A DNA stretch of 51,811 nucleotides, counting the filler, from Jimgerdemannia flammicorona (lineage: Eukaryota), in assembly GCA_003990765.1 (NCBI GenBank). It is 2 parts of 2 records of this genome, joined end to end, with 100 filler letters (N's around TTAATTAATTAA, not from the genome) between each part and the next. Parts side by side here need not be neighbours in the genome. Positions count along the whole stretch, not along the records: positions 1 to 25,860 come from RBNJ01000782.1; 1 more part is not named here. One strand, given 5' to 3'. Position numbers and translations under genes: made by a program. The number at the start of each line of letters is the position of its first letter. Position 1 is the stretch's first letter. The notes below the pieces were generated by a model. It ran no database searches. It was not told the origin of the DNA and saw only the letters and a program-made list of their open reading frames with translations. Shown here in pieces: positions 1-10,223 of the stretch.

Positions 1-140
1 ACTCTAGTGTTTCTGACTAAACTCCAGAAGCCTAGCTAACTTCTGCCAGAACTGAGACCAGTATATAAATCCCCAAAGACTTAAGTAAACCCATTGAACC
101 TGAATTCCAAGGTGAATTCAGTCTGTGTACAGCAAAGAAC

Positions 141-224
141 AAGACCTTTGAAATAGAAGGCAAACCAGAACAAGACCTTTGAAATAGAAGGCAAACCAGA
201 GAAAGACCTTTGAAACAGAAGGCA
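141..224. repeat. 31-bp tandem repeat, about 2.7 copies (aagacctttgaaatagaaggcaaaccaga..)
   Basis: Units start at 141, 172 and 203, in CpG-depleted sequence. Confidence 0.85.
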
Positions 225-1271
225 CTGTCACTACAACTACTTATAAGTGAGTGCTTCCTCAACTGAAGGCTTCTTGGTACACATTGTGTACTAAGTCCCT
301 AAGTAATAGTCCACTTCCCTAATTATCCAAAGGATAAGAGAGGGGTAGAAGTGAGAGTTATTACACCCTATATATAATACCTATAATATTCTACTCTTCA
401 GAAGTTTTTCTTTTTTTCCTTAATTCTTGGGCAGTTTGTGGTAATTCTCACTTCTTATAATTTAATTCTTGTTGGCTTCATCCTGAAATATCTTCTTAGT
501 AAGATAGATTTATGTTTCTATTAGAACTGATATCTAATTGTTGGTAAATTTCATAGGTAATTCTCTCTGTATCCAAATATTCTTGAATAGCTTTGGTGTC
601 AGATACTTTGAAGACATAAGGAGCAATCTTTTCGCCTTGCTTACATTTCAAAATACTTCTGATTGTGCTGTAATTTTTGGGTTCCATAGTGGATTTAATG
701 TAAATTAGTTTCATATAGTAATTTTTATATAGGGATAGTCCTATGTACACAGTCTCATTACTAGGGGTCTTGCGGATTTTGGAGCGAGCTGGATGCATCC
801 AAAATTTTAGTATACTTATTTGAATATGAGATATAATGATGGAATCCAGGCAAAACCGAACCTTCACTGTGCAGCAAAATATTAATGCCTGATCTACGGG
901 GCTGTAGAAAATTTTGCGCACTGTCCCGTCTTGGGATGCGTAAGAGTGGAAGATTGTGTGCATTTTCTGCATAGATTTTTGGCACTGGCTGGGATGCATC
1001 CAGACGCTCCATTGTCACCGTGAGTACCTCTATTGCTTTTCTTAAACGTAGCGGCCTCTATAAGGAACTGCAGTTTATTACTACCTTTTCACTGCCATCT
1101 ACCGCGATGTGGCAAGTCGCACGAATTGTTTTGCACGTAATCATATATTTTATATTAATTCTCGTAACTCAGCTCGAGTAAGCGACAAAGACAATTTATA
1201 TTTACAGCTTCGCTCCCCGAACCAAACTCGGCAGCAAACCCAACAGAATGACCAATCTCTCTATCTTCCAA

Positions 1272-3511
1272 CTATTTGACCTTCTTCCTGACTGGCGTGT
1301 TGACGATATGGCCAAAAGAACCCCCGACCTTTCCACTCTCTGGCACCTCATCCTCCTCGCCATCTTCAGTCCGCCGTTTGCGATGCGCCCTAGAGTGAAA
1401 GAGCGCGACGTTGTTGGTGTGGTCACGGATTAACTTGAGAGTTTGCTGAGAGAAATGGAAAAAGTTAAGGTTAAGTAGCCAAACGTCGTAGTACAGTGCA
1501 TATAGATATTAAAGAGAAATACCTTGACATTCAACATGAGCACGTAGAAGGCTTCAAGAGTGGCAAGCATCCTGACCGTGGCTGGTAGCCTTGTTGTCGC
1601 AAGCCGGCCGAATCGACAGAGGTTCGCGGCCCGGCAGTCCATCCCGAACGTATAATAGACCCAACCTTACACCAAAAAAAAAATTGGGTATTATTTCCTT
1701 TTTTAAAAAGGGGACAACAAAAAATGTATTAACGACTGTTTTCTGCATACCCCACGATTGGACGCCGAGCACAAAGGTCCGATGCAGCTCGTCGTCTGGT
1801 GCATTATTGTTCGAAGCGAAAAACTCGTGAAGAATATCGCGCATAGTGATAGCCAAGTCGACATGATCTTCAAAGACCTTTTTCCGATGTGCCTCTGGAA
1901 GACCGCCTGATCTGAGACCAACAATTGCCTCGAGCTTGTCATTGCTGTGCTTGAGCGAGCCCCGAAAGTCACATTTTTGACCGACCCGCGCGCGGAGAAC
2001 GACAGAGCGGTCTTGTTTACGACGAGCCGCAGATGCCCAGCAACAGATTTCTCCACTAGAAAAGAGAAGAAAAGTATTTCAATTTGGTTAATCGGTGCAC
2101 TGTATTTTTATTTTATTTTTTTTTTTTTTCGCAAAGACATAAGTCAAACCCTAAAACTCACGTGTCCATCTTCAACTCGGATTTGTCGAGGAACCGTCTC
2201 ATCAGCATGTTAGGAAACGCGTTGTCAAATGCCGACTCTGACACCGGCAGATCCACGTCGCCGAGATTTTCCGCACTGGGTGGTGAATGCCATATATTAG
2301 GATATATGTTTAACAAAGGTAGATATATTGCTTCTACTCACTATGTTAGGACGGCGAGCATCAAGGTTTTGATTTCGCGTTTGTCGTCTGCGGTGAGTTC
2401 GATGCCGTGCTCTTTTGCAATGAACTCTGGCATGAGCTGATCAAACGCTATATCTAGATCATTGCTATCATTGACGATCTAGTAAAAACGGGAAGGAATA
2501 AACGAAGGCTCGTCCAAATCTCTTTCCGCATGAAATATTGCTCGAAGTTACCTTGTGAACTTTGTCAAAAAACCGACATACGGCGTCCGACACCTTCGTA
2601 TGCGACAGCTTGACATCCTGATGGAAGCTCTTTATCATCTCCGCCCAATCCTCAGTGGAAAACAGAGCTTTCGTCTCTGGATGGTCGCCGGTGAGATCCA
2701 GTATTCCCCAGTAAGCTGGGCTTCCAAACGCTTATGTGATTAATAGATTGGTATTGATATAATTGAAGAATCAGATCAGATCAAAATGACTTACTTTGAG
2801 CATTTCTGAGGTTCTGGGATCGTCTCGGCATAGTCCGCCAATACCTTTTGTACATTCGTTCCGCTCGAGAGAATCCAATATTTAGTATGATCTGGAGTGC
2901 ATTGATGCTCCAATCTTTCCACAAATGCATAGTCGACTTCATTTCCCGTCTCCATTGGGGCACCACGATTTTCTTCTGACGAAGCCGCGCAGTCCTCATT
3001 CTCAACCAATTCAATAACATCATCGCCTTTGCTGATACCTTCCTGACCTTCATCGAAGAGTTGATTGATAACATGCTTGTTCACATGAAATTCCTGATAT
3101 AAATATTAGTAAAGCTATTGTAAACAAAAAAGAAAATTTTAATATCCAAACTTTTGATATTACCTTTAAGTCTTCAATGGTACATGCTGAGGCTGCTTTC
3201 ATCCTTAGCGCAGTCTTGTGCTCCTCCTCTTCAGCTCTCCGTCGCAGTTTATTCTTGAATTGTGACAGTTCGGTGGATGAGAAACTTTTGTCATATGTGG
3301 TCAATATCTTTGTTGCCTTTTTTTTAGCGTTTTCGTTTACGTTCTCTTTTTTTATATAGCTCCGGAGCACGGCATAGATGTCGTCTTTAATATCGTTAAG
3401 CATATCAACAGACAGTTCCTGCTTTGACTCCAAGTATTGCAATATCGTAATAATTGACCAATCTTTATGTCTCGTCTCGTCAAGATAATCAAACACCAAA
3501 CGCTGAAACAT
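1272..3511 (-). CDS. Multi-exon gene for a putative PD-(D/E)XK/REase-like fold protein (Crinkler-associated-like family)
   Basis: GT-AG introns (e.g. donors at 3163 and 2794, acceptor at 3094). Exons join to MFQRLVFDYL...GEICCWASAARRKQDRSVVLRARVGQKCDFRG...LEAIVGLRSGGLP...DLAITMRDIL...FVLGVQSWG...TPVRKKVK*. The ATG at 3511 directly follows a tttag, so an upstream exon is possible. The fold call is from recalled motif similarity. Confidence 0.6.
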
Positions 3512-3603
3512 CTAAAAGAGAAAATGCGTGTGAATTTCTAGAAAGCCGTTTCAAAACTCAAACAGAATAAACACAGGGACAGTCAACTGTATGCTGGCAA
3601 ATA

Positions 3604-3848
3604 GCATGCAGGGGACTGGCCTTCAGCACGTATGCTCAAGGACGATCCTGGAGACTACTTCCAAGCATCTGATACAGGACATAATGGCCATATACCAGTA
3701 GGCATACGTAACACAACCTGGACACTGGCATGCAGGGGACTGGCCTTCAGCACGTATGTTCAAGGACGATCCTGGAGACCAGCGCCAAACATCTAACGCA
3801 GGACGTAATGGCCGTACGCCAGTAGGGCTGCGCGTGACTGATAGCATG
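3604..3848. repeat. Direct tandem repeat, period 124 bp, 2 copies
   Basis: gcatgcaggggactggccttcagcacgtatg.tcaaggacgatcctggagac starts at 3604 and at 3728. Confidence 0.9.
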
Positions 3849-4007
3849 TAAATAAATAAACCACGTACTTTCCTTGAAATTACGCACGTTGCTCAGGAAG
3901 TGACAGGCGCGGTGATGTGTGAGATGACCTATGACGTCACGATTTCACTTTGGTTTTGTTGCAGCACGCCCCATATGATTAGGGCCATCTTGTTGCTACG
4001 ATCGACC

Positions 4008-7000
4008 CCGGCGGTTGGCAGAGAGCGAAAGCAATGGGTTGAGAGATGGCTAACATGGGATGGTCGGGAGGTAGTTGCTTTGGACATTCTGGGGGGGGAC
4101 TTTAACATGGTGCGTGATTGTGTATTGGATAGGTCTGATGGTGGGGCAGGAGTTGCGGTATCCTCTGGACTTTCTCAGTGGCTTCAGGTGGAGCAGGACA
4201 TGGGTTTGGTGGATGGCGTTTGTCAATGACTGGGGGATGAGTTGGGATCTTTCACCCAGTGGCATCCAGTGGGAACAACATTGGTTAGAACGTGAATAGA
4301 TTGAATACTAGTGGCAGAGTGCTGGGACAATGTACTGGACACTGCAGAGATGTGCTGGTGCCCTTGGTCTGATCACTGGGGAGTGGAGGTATGTGGTAGA
4401 TTTCAAGAGGCAAGCAGTAGTGGAGGGCACTGGTGCCTCAATGTAGCCTTACTCAAGAGGAAGAAGGAGAGGGATGATTTTGTGATGGTTATAAGATAGG
4501 AAGTTTTGTAGTGGCAGAATGAAGAGTAGTTGATAGCAGAATGGTGGGGTAAATTCAAACATTTGGCTGGTGCTTACTGGTGGGATGTTGGCGAAGTAGC
4601 TGGGAAGGAGTAGAAGGACAAGGAAAGGAGAGTTGAAAAGGGGCTGAGATGGTGATTGAAGCTTATGGAAAAGGAGAACTTGTCTGAAGAGGTGAACCAC
4701 CAGTTGGCATTAGAGGTGGCAGAACTGCAGGCAGATTTAAGAGTATCTGAGACCAGGGTGGTGGATGGCCTGCTGGCCAGGCTGTGAGCTAGATAGTTGG
4801 AAGAAGGAGAGAGGCCGATGAGATATCTGTCTGATGTTTTGAAGGCTAGGCAAGTGCGACATAGTTAGGTCTCAGTATTGCATGAAGATGGAGTGGAGGT
4901 CTCTGGAATTGCTGACATACTAGGGGAGGTATCTGGTCAATGGCAAGCTCTTTGGTGGGATGGTGGGGAGCATGCTGAGGAGGCTGGGTTTGGGGAGGAT
5001 AATGACAATATGGTGACTAATTGACCAATGACAGTGATACCCAAGATAGGGGAGATAGTCATGAGGGAGGTATCTCTAGATGAAGTATTGGAAGTACTGA
5101 GGAAGACACAGTCTGGTTCATCTCTTGGGGAGGATGGGTTGCTCTGGGAATTCTGAAAGGAGTTCAAGGCCGAGTTTAGTAACTGGTTGGTGGAGATGGC
5201 CAATACTGTTCTGAAGGAGGGTCCTTGAGACTAGTCTCTCTTCTATATAAGGAAAAGGGAGATTGATGAGTGTGGTGCAATTGACAACCTATCATGCTGC
5301 TGAATGTGGATAGAAAGTTGGTGTCAAAGATTCTGGCAGAGAGGATGCAGTAATATGTTGGTGCGCTAGTTGGAGAAGAGCAGCAAGGCTTTGTTAAGGG
5401 AAGGCAGATCAGAGATAGTACTGCCTGGGTGCAGAATGTCTTGGAGGGCTGTAGGAGCTGGCAGATAGATAGCCAGATGGTCTTTCTGGATCAAGAGAAG
5501 GCCTATGACAGAGTGCAGTAGAGCTACCTGGAGGCTATTCTGAGGAGAGCAGAGTTTGGTATAGTAGAGGCAGGGTGTCTGATGGGCTTGGTATGGGGAT
5601 GCTGAGCTGTGGTGATGATGAATGAATGGTGTGGACCAGAGTTTGCCTTGGGGCAAGGGGTGCCACAGGGGGATCCTCTCTCCTCCCTTCTTTATATACT
5701 CTCTCTAGAGTCTTTGTTGGTGTGGCTGAAGGGGCAACTCTCTAGACTGCAGATGGGAGATGTGGTCTGGAAGTTGGGTGCCTTTGCGGATGACATAGTG
5801 GTAGGGTTGGGCAGTCAGGAGGATGTAGTAGTCCTACAAGAAGGGGTGGATCAGTATGAGAGGCTGGTAGAGGCAAAGTTGAACTAGGGCAAGTGTGAGA
5901 CAATAGAACTTGGTGCTGATCTGGGGGGGCATGGACAATTCGGACAATTGGTAGCCACAGGGAGTGCTGTTCGGTATCTGGGTATCTGGTTCTCGGTGTA
6001 TGGAACAGTCCTGCCAAGGGAGTGGTAGTGTAGATTGATTCAGAGACTGGAAGGTGCATTGACGGGTTGGTCAGAAAGAAGCTTCTCTTTGGTTGGCAGG
6101 ATAGTGGTCTTGAATGTATATTGGCTGCCCAAACTGTGGTATCTGGGTTATCATCTGGATTTTCCAGAAGGGTGGATATGGCATGGGAGGCATCCACAAA
6201 TTGGATGAGAGACTTTGGTGATGAGGACTTCTGATGGCAGCCTGGGGCTGGTAGATTTCAGGCGCCGACTGAAGGTACTTTGGGGTTGGTGGGGGCACCA
6301 ACTGATTGAACTTGGTAAGAAAGGTTGGGGCAGGCTGGCCATGGACAATTGGGAGGTCCGGTTCTGCCCTCATGGTGAGGTCTGGAAGGATATATGGGGC
6401 TTGCTTCAGGTTGGGAGTGTGGGTAGGCTGCGTTTCAAGGGGTTCTGGTGGGGTATTGTAGAGGTTTGGCTGGCCATGGAGTTGGTAGACCCAGAGATAG
6501 AGGTGGGGGTGGACCCTGAGCAGAGATGGTGGCAACTGGGTGACCTGTGTGTGGGTGGCCACAGTCTGAAGGAGTACTCCCTGATTGAGGCGATGGAGTG
6601 GAGCAGGTCTGGCCCTCTGGAGAGATGGCCACCAGGTTGGCAGAGAGCTGGTATTGGTGAGGACTTGGAGTAGGTTCAAATTTGGAAGTGGGGAACCTCA
6701 GTCCACAAGATGGTGCCCCTCAAATACTGGGTGGTTTGGTGGCAGTTTCTGAGACATATTGTGATGCTGAGCTATCAGACAGGCTGGATGGAGGTGGATG
6801 GCTGTCGAGACTATGAGTGGTGTAATGAGGTGGATAGAGGGGTTGTTCAGACTCCAGAACATGTTCTGGGGGCATGTCCAGGCATGGAAGGGTTTTGGAG
6901 GAGTCTGGAGGATTACTGGGGCCCAGAGAGACATAGGGCAGAGAATCCAGCCAGTCTGGTGGTCAAGTGCTGGCTGGTAGGAGAAATTGGTAATATGTGG

Positions 7001-7384
7001 GGGAGCTTAGGTCAAATTTTGGGGGTCTGGGTCTTGATAGCAGTGCATTGGTGGTGGATCTTTGAACAAGACCCATGGATAGGGATTGGAGAGATGGTAG
7101 AGTGGTGGAGGTGGCTGATACAGGAGGTGGTTTAGGGGTGGTAGTATCAGGGGAGGCAATGTCAGCCAGGGGCCTTAAAGAAGGTGCAGGACATTGTACT
7201 GCAGAGTCGAGGGTTTCTGGTATTAGATGATAGTGGGGTGAGATGGAAGGAAGGAGTTGGCTGAAGGACTCTACTTCTGTATATGTTATAGGATTAGTAG
7301 TGAATTGTGGCTCTTCATTATTGTATTAGATAGTTGTAATAAAGGAGTCTAAGAGACTATAAAAAAAAAAAAAAAAAAAAAAAA
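4008..7384 (+). mobile_element. 5'-truncated L1/Tx1-type LINE (decayed ORF2: AP endonuclease, RT, C-terminal Cys/His region), poly(A) tail, 16-bp TSD
   Basis: LGGDFN, WSDH, GVPQGDPLS, AFADD, RYLG and TPEHVLGACP motifs with many stops. Ends gagactat(A)n. TSD gttgctacgatcgacc at 3992-4007 and 7385-7400. Confidence 0.95.
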
Positions 7385-9029
7385 GTTGCTACGATCGACC
7401 TTTCCATTTTCGATTCTCAATTTCCACCCTTCGATACTTTTGAGAGCGACTTTCTTCCAGCTGGCTGCTTCAATTACTGTCCCCACTGTGGTTTCGCTCA
7501 TGGCTAGGTTTACGGTAACTAGGCAGTTCTGGCCTTGTCCGTTTCTTCCTCGGATTCGTCCGTCCCAGTAAAGGCCTTCCTTGTCTGGGTTGCCGTGGGC
7601 GAGCGACACCTGTCCCCATGGTCCTCCTGGGGTGGAACCTCGTAGTGCGATGTTCCTTGGTGTACTTGGTAGCGGTGGCGCAGCGCGTTGATAGCTTGCT
7701 GGTAGTTGGGTTTGTCTTGCTGACCCTTGGGCCTTCCTGCGGGTTGTTACCGGCTGAAGGTCCTGCTCTTGCTCCTCCTCTTCAAGCGGCTGGACTTCTA
7801 CTGGGATGTTCCAACATCCTTTGTCCTCGTCGCGTTCCCAATATTCACCAATTGGGTTGAGGGTGAGCTGACTCTCCAATCTTGAGTTGGGAGAGGTCCT
7901 GGTTCGTTGTTCATTTTCTCTGATTTCTCTGATGGCGGCTCGGTCTTCTGCGAAGCTTGCTGGGATTTCGATCCCCTTCCGCATAACCTTTCGTTCGCTG
8001 TATAGGATGTCCCATCCGTTTTCTTGTAGAAACTTGTTCCCTAGTAGGAACGAGGCACTGCCGGTTCCTTTTAGCACTGTCAGGTTTATCTGGTAGCTTT
8101 GTTCTCCTACCTTAAATTTTGCCTGATAGATTCTTCCTAGAACTCCGATCGGTGTTCCTCCGGCTCCTAGGAATCTTCGGTATTCCGGCTTAATCTGGTC
8201 TCTCATTTGTAGTTTCTCCAGTATTTCTTCGCTGATAACGTTTTCATCTGCTGCCGTATCGATTTTTGCTCGGTAGGTTTCCTGGTTGCGTTTGAGGGTC
8301 ACCCATACTTGTCCTATGGGGCCTGTTGCGGTACGCTTTCCTAGGATATTGGGTTCTGGTGCTTCTTCTAGTACGGCGATTTGTTCGTCCGATTGATATT
8401 CCCAATCTTCTTCTTCCGATTCTTCTTCGATGTTGTTAATTTCTTCGCCGAGTCGCTCTTCTTCTCCTTCTGAATCAATTTCGATTTCGTATGTTTTTCT
8501 TCCTACCCGACGAGTTCGTCCGGTTTTGAAAAATCTCCTTTTCTTTCCGAAGGTTACTCTTCGGCTCCCTTTCCGGTGAAATGGCTTATCTTCTTCCGGA
8601 TTGTCCACATCCATTGGTCTGCGTCCTCCGCGATCTCTTCTGAATGCTTCTAGGGGCATTTCTTCCCTGCATTCTTCTGCTGCTGGTCCGCTTCTTGGGT
8701 ACCGCGTTCTTGACCAGTAGTTTTTGTTGTAGTTTGTCTTGATCGTGCCTTCTTGGACGGCTGCGACAAACTTTCCTTTGAAGATGTTGAGGCATACATC
8801 TAGTACCTGTGCCGCCGTTGTTGCTGGTGCCGTAGTTAGCATCTGATTCTGTCGGTAATGGTATGGTAACCAGCCTGGCATTTTTCCTAGGATGAATTTC
8901 TCCTGAGTCGTGAACGTATCGTCCATCAGGCTTGCAATCCTCATTCGCAGTTCGAGTTGCGTGTTGTAATGCTGCATCTCGTGTATGCTCTGGGCATGCG
9001 ATCTGGGGAAATTGTATAGCTCTTCCCTT

Positions 9030-10223
9030 TTTTTTTTTTTTTTTTTTTTTAATGGACTCGATGTCTCGCGGATTTTTATTGGAAGGGAATCTAGACTATA
9101 TAGGTCAAAACCCTCTCTCACCACCCATCAAGCACTGCCCCCCCATTAACCTAGGCTAGCTATTGTCCAGCAGCTTGACCATGCTAGGCGCAGTAGGGCC
9201 TATAGTGGCCTGTACCTCATTTTGCACACCATGCTCTCTCTATCACCAGGGGAAACTCAGCCATATACCAATGACTGAAAGCACACACCCAAGAACCCAA
9301 CATATGTACAAGGTCACACTCGAGCTGAATAGAATAGCCCCTGCCACCCCAAAGAGAATGACAGGCAGAGAAAACCCCTCATCAAAGTACAACACAGTGG
9401 GTAGGGCCTGGTTCTCCCAGTTGAGATGAGTAAAGAACTTACATGTGAGGCAGAAGAAGACTTCTAATACTCCACTACTCAAGTCTGCAGGCCTAGATCA
9501 CATTGCCATATCAGCTCCTGGTTCCAGTTGAGTGCAGCCAAGATGTCTGAAATGAGTAGCCTTGGCCCCCCAATCCCCCCTGATGACTGGGACCCAATCT
9601 GCTAAATTATCAAAAGAAGCTGAGAGTGATACCTATTACCTAACCGCACTACACCAATCAAAAGGTCTCACCAAAGTAGCACCTGCCCCAGCCCCAATGA
9701 CTGCCCCCAGCCTGGCACCCTACTAGTTCACCATTATCACCCTTCCTCCTATCTATAATGGCCATCTCCCCTCCCATTCTGACAACACCTGAAAAGCAGT
9801 CATCTATATCAGAACTGCACTTGCTGGGAAGCTTGCCAAAGTCAGAAGGCCCCACTACAGATACCAAGAACCTGCAGGTAACCTATACTGAGCACTTGAT
9901 GCCCAAGGTCAGCTGACTCCCTATGTAGTCTGAGATACACCAAGATAGCACCTTGTTGGTAACAACAAAAGGAAGAAGGCACTGCACCAAAATGGATGCA
10001 CTCCAGATGCAGCTGAAGGCACCAGAAACTGTGAAAAAGTGGAGAAGATACTAATCTGACACTGATAAAGGGGCAACTCATCACCATTGCCTCCCTCCCA
10101 CTGCCCTGCAACAGGTACAGCAAACCAACCTGAGGTAGAGGGGGTAATAATTGTGGAAAGTGGACTCAGAAGGTTGCCTACCAAACCATTGTGACCAGTA
10201 AGGTAGCAGAGAAAGGGGCACTG
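9030..10223 (-). mobile_element. 5'-truncated non-LTR retrotransposon 3' fragment (second family), poly(A) tail, 13-bp TSD
   Basis: Poly(T) at 9028-9050 on the + strand. TSD tagctcttccctt at 9017-9029 and 10224-10236. CpG-depleted body. The 3' end (gagtccatt-An) differs from the gagactat-An family. Confidence 0.88.

Noticed and set aside
141..224. CRISPR-like array
   Set aside because: Contiguous 31-bp units with no unique spacers, in eukaryotic context with no cas genes.
496..1018. Fourth minus-strand gene of the cassette
   Set aside because: The overlapping ORFs straddle a CpG-rich/CpG-poor junction near 760 and show no recognisable motif.
3520..3928. LTR, PPT or hammerhead ribozyme at the end of the Gag unit
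   Set aside because: No matching repeat upstream in the window, and no CUGANGA/GAAA core or TG...CA pair that I could support by eye.
7349..9124. 591-aa ORF as a stand-alone gene with poly-Lys near the start and poly-Phe at the end
   Set aside because: Both homopolymers are translated LINE tails. Only 7385-9016 is real coding sequence, and it is part of the larger ORF.
9921..10223. C-terminal ~100 aa of the 361-aa ORF
   Set aside because: Read-through into the inserted LINE beyond the TSD.
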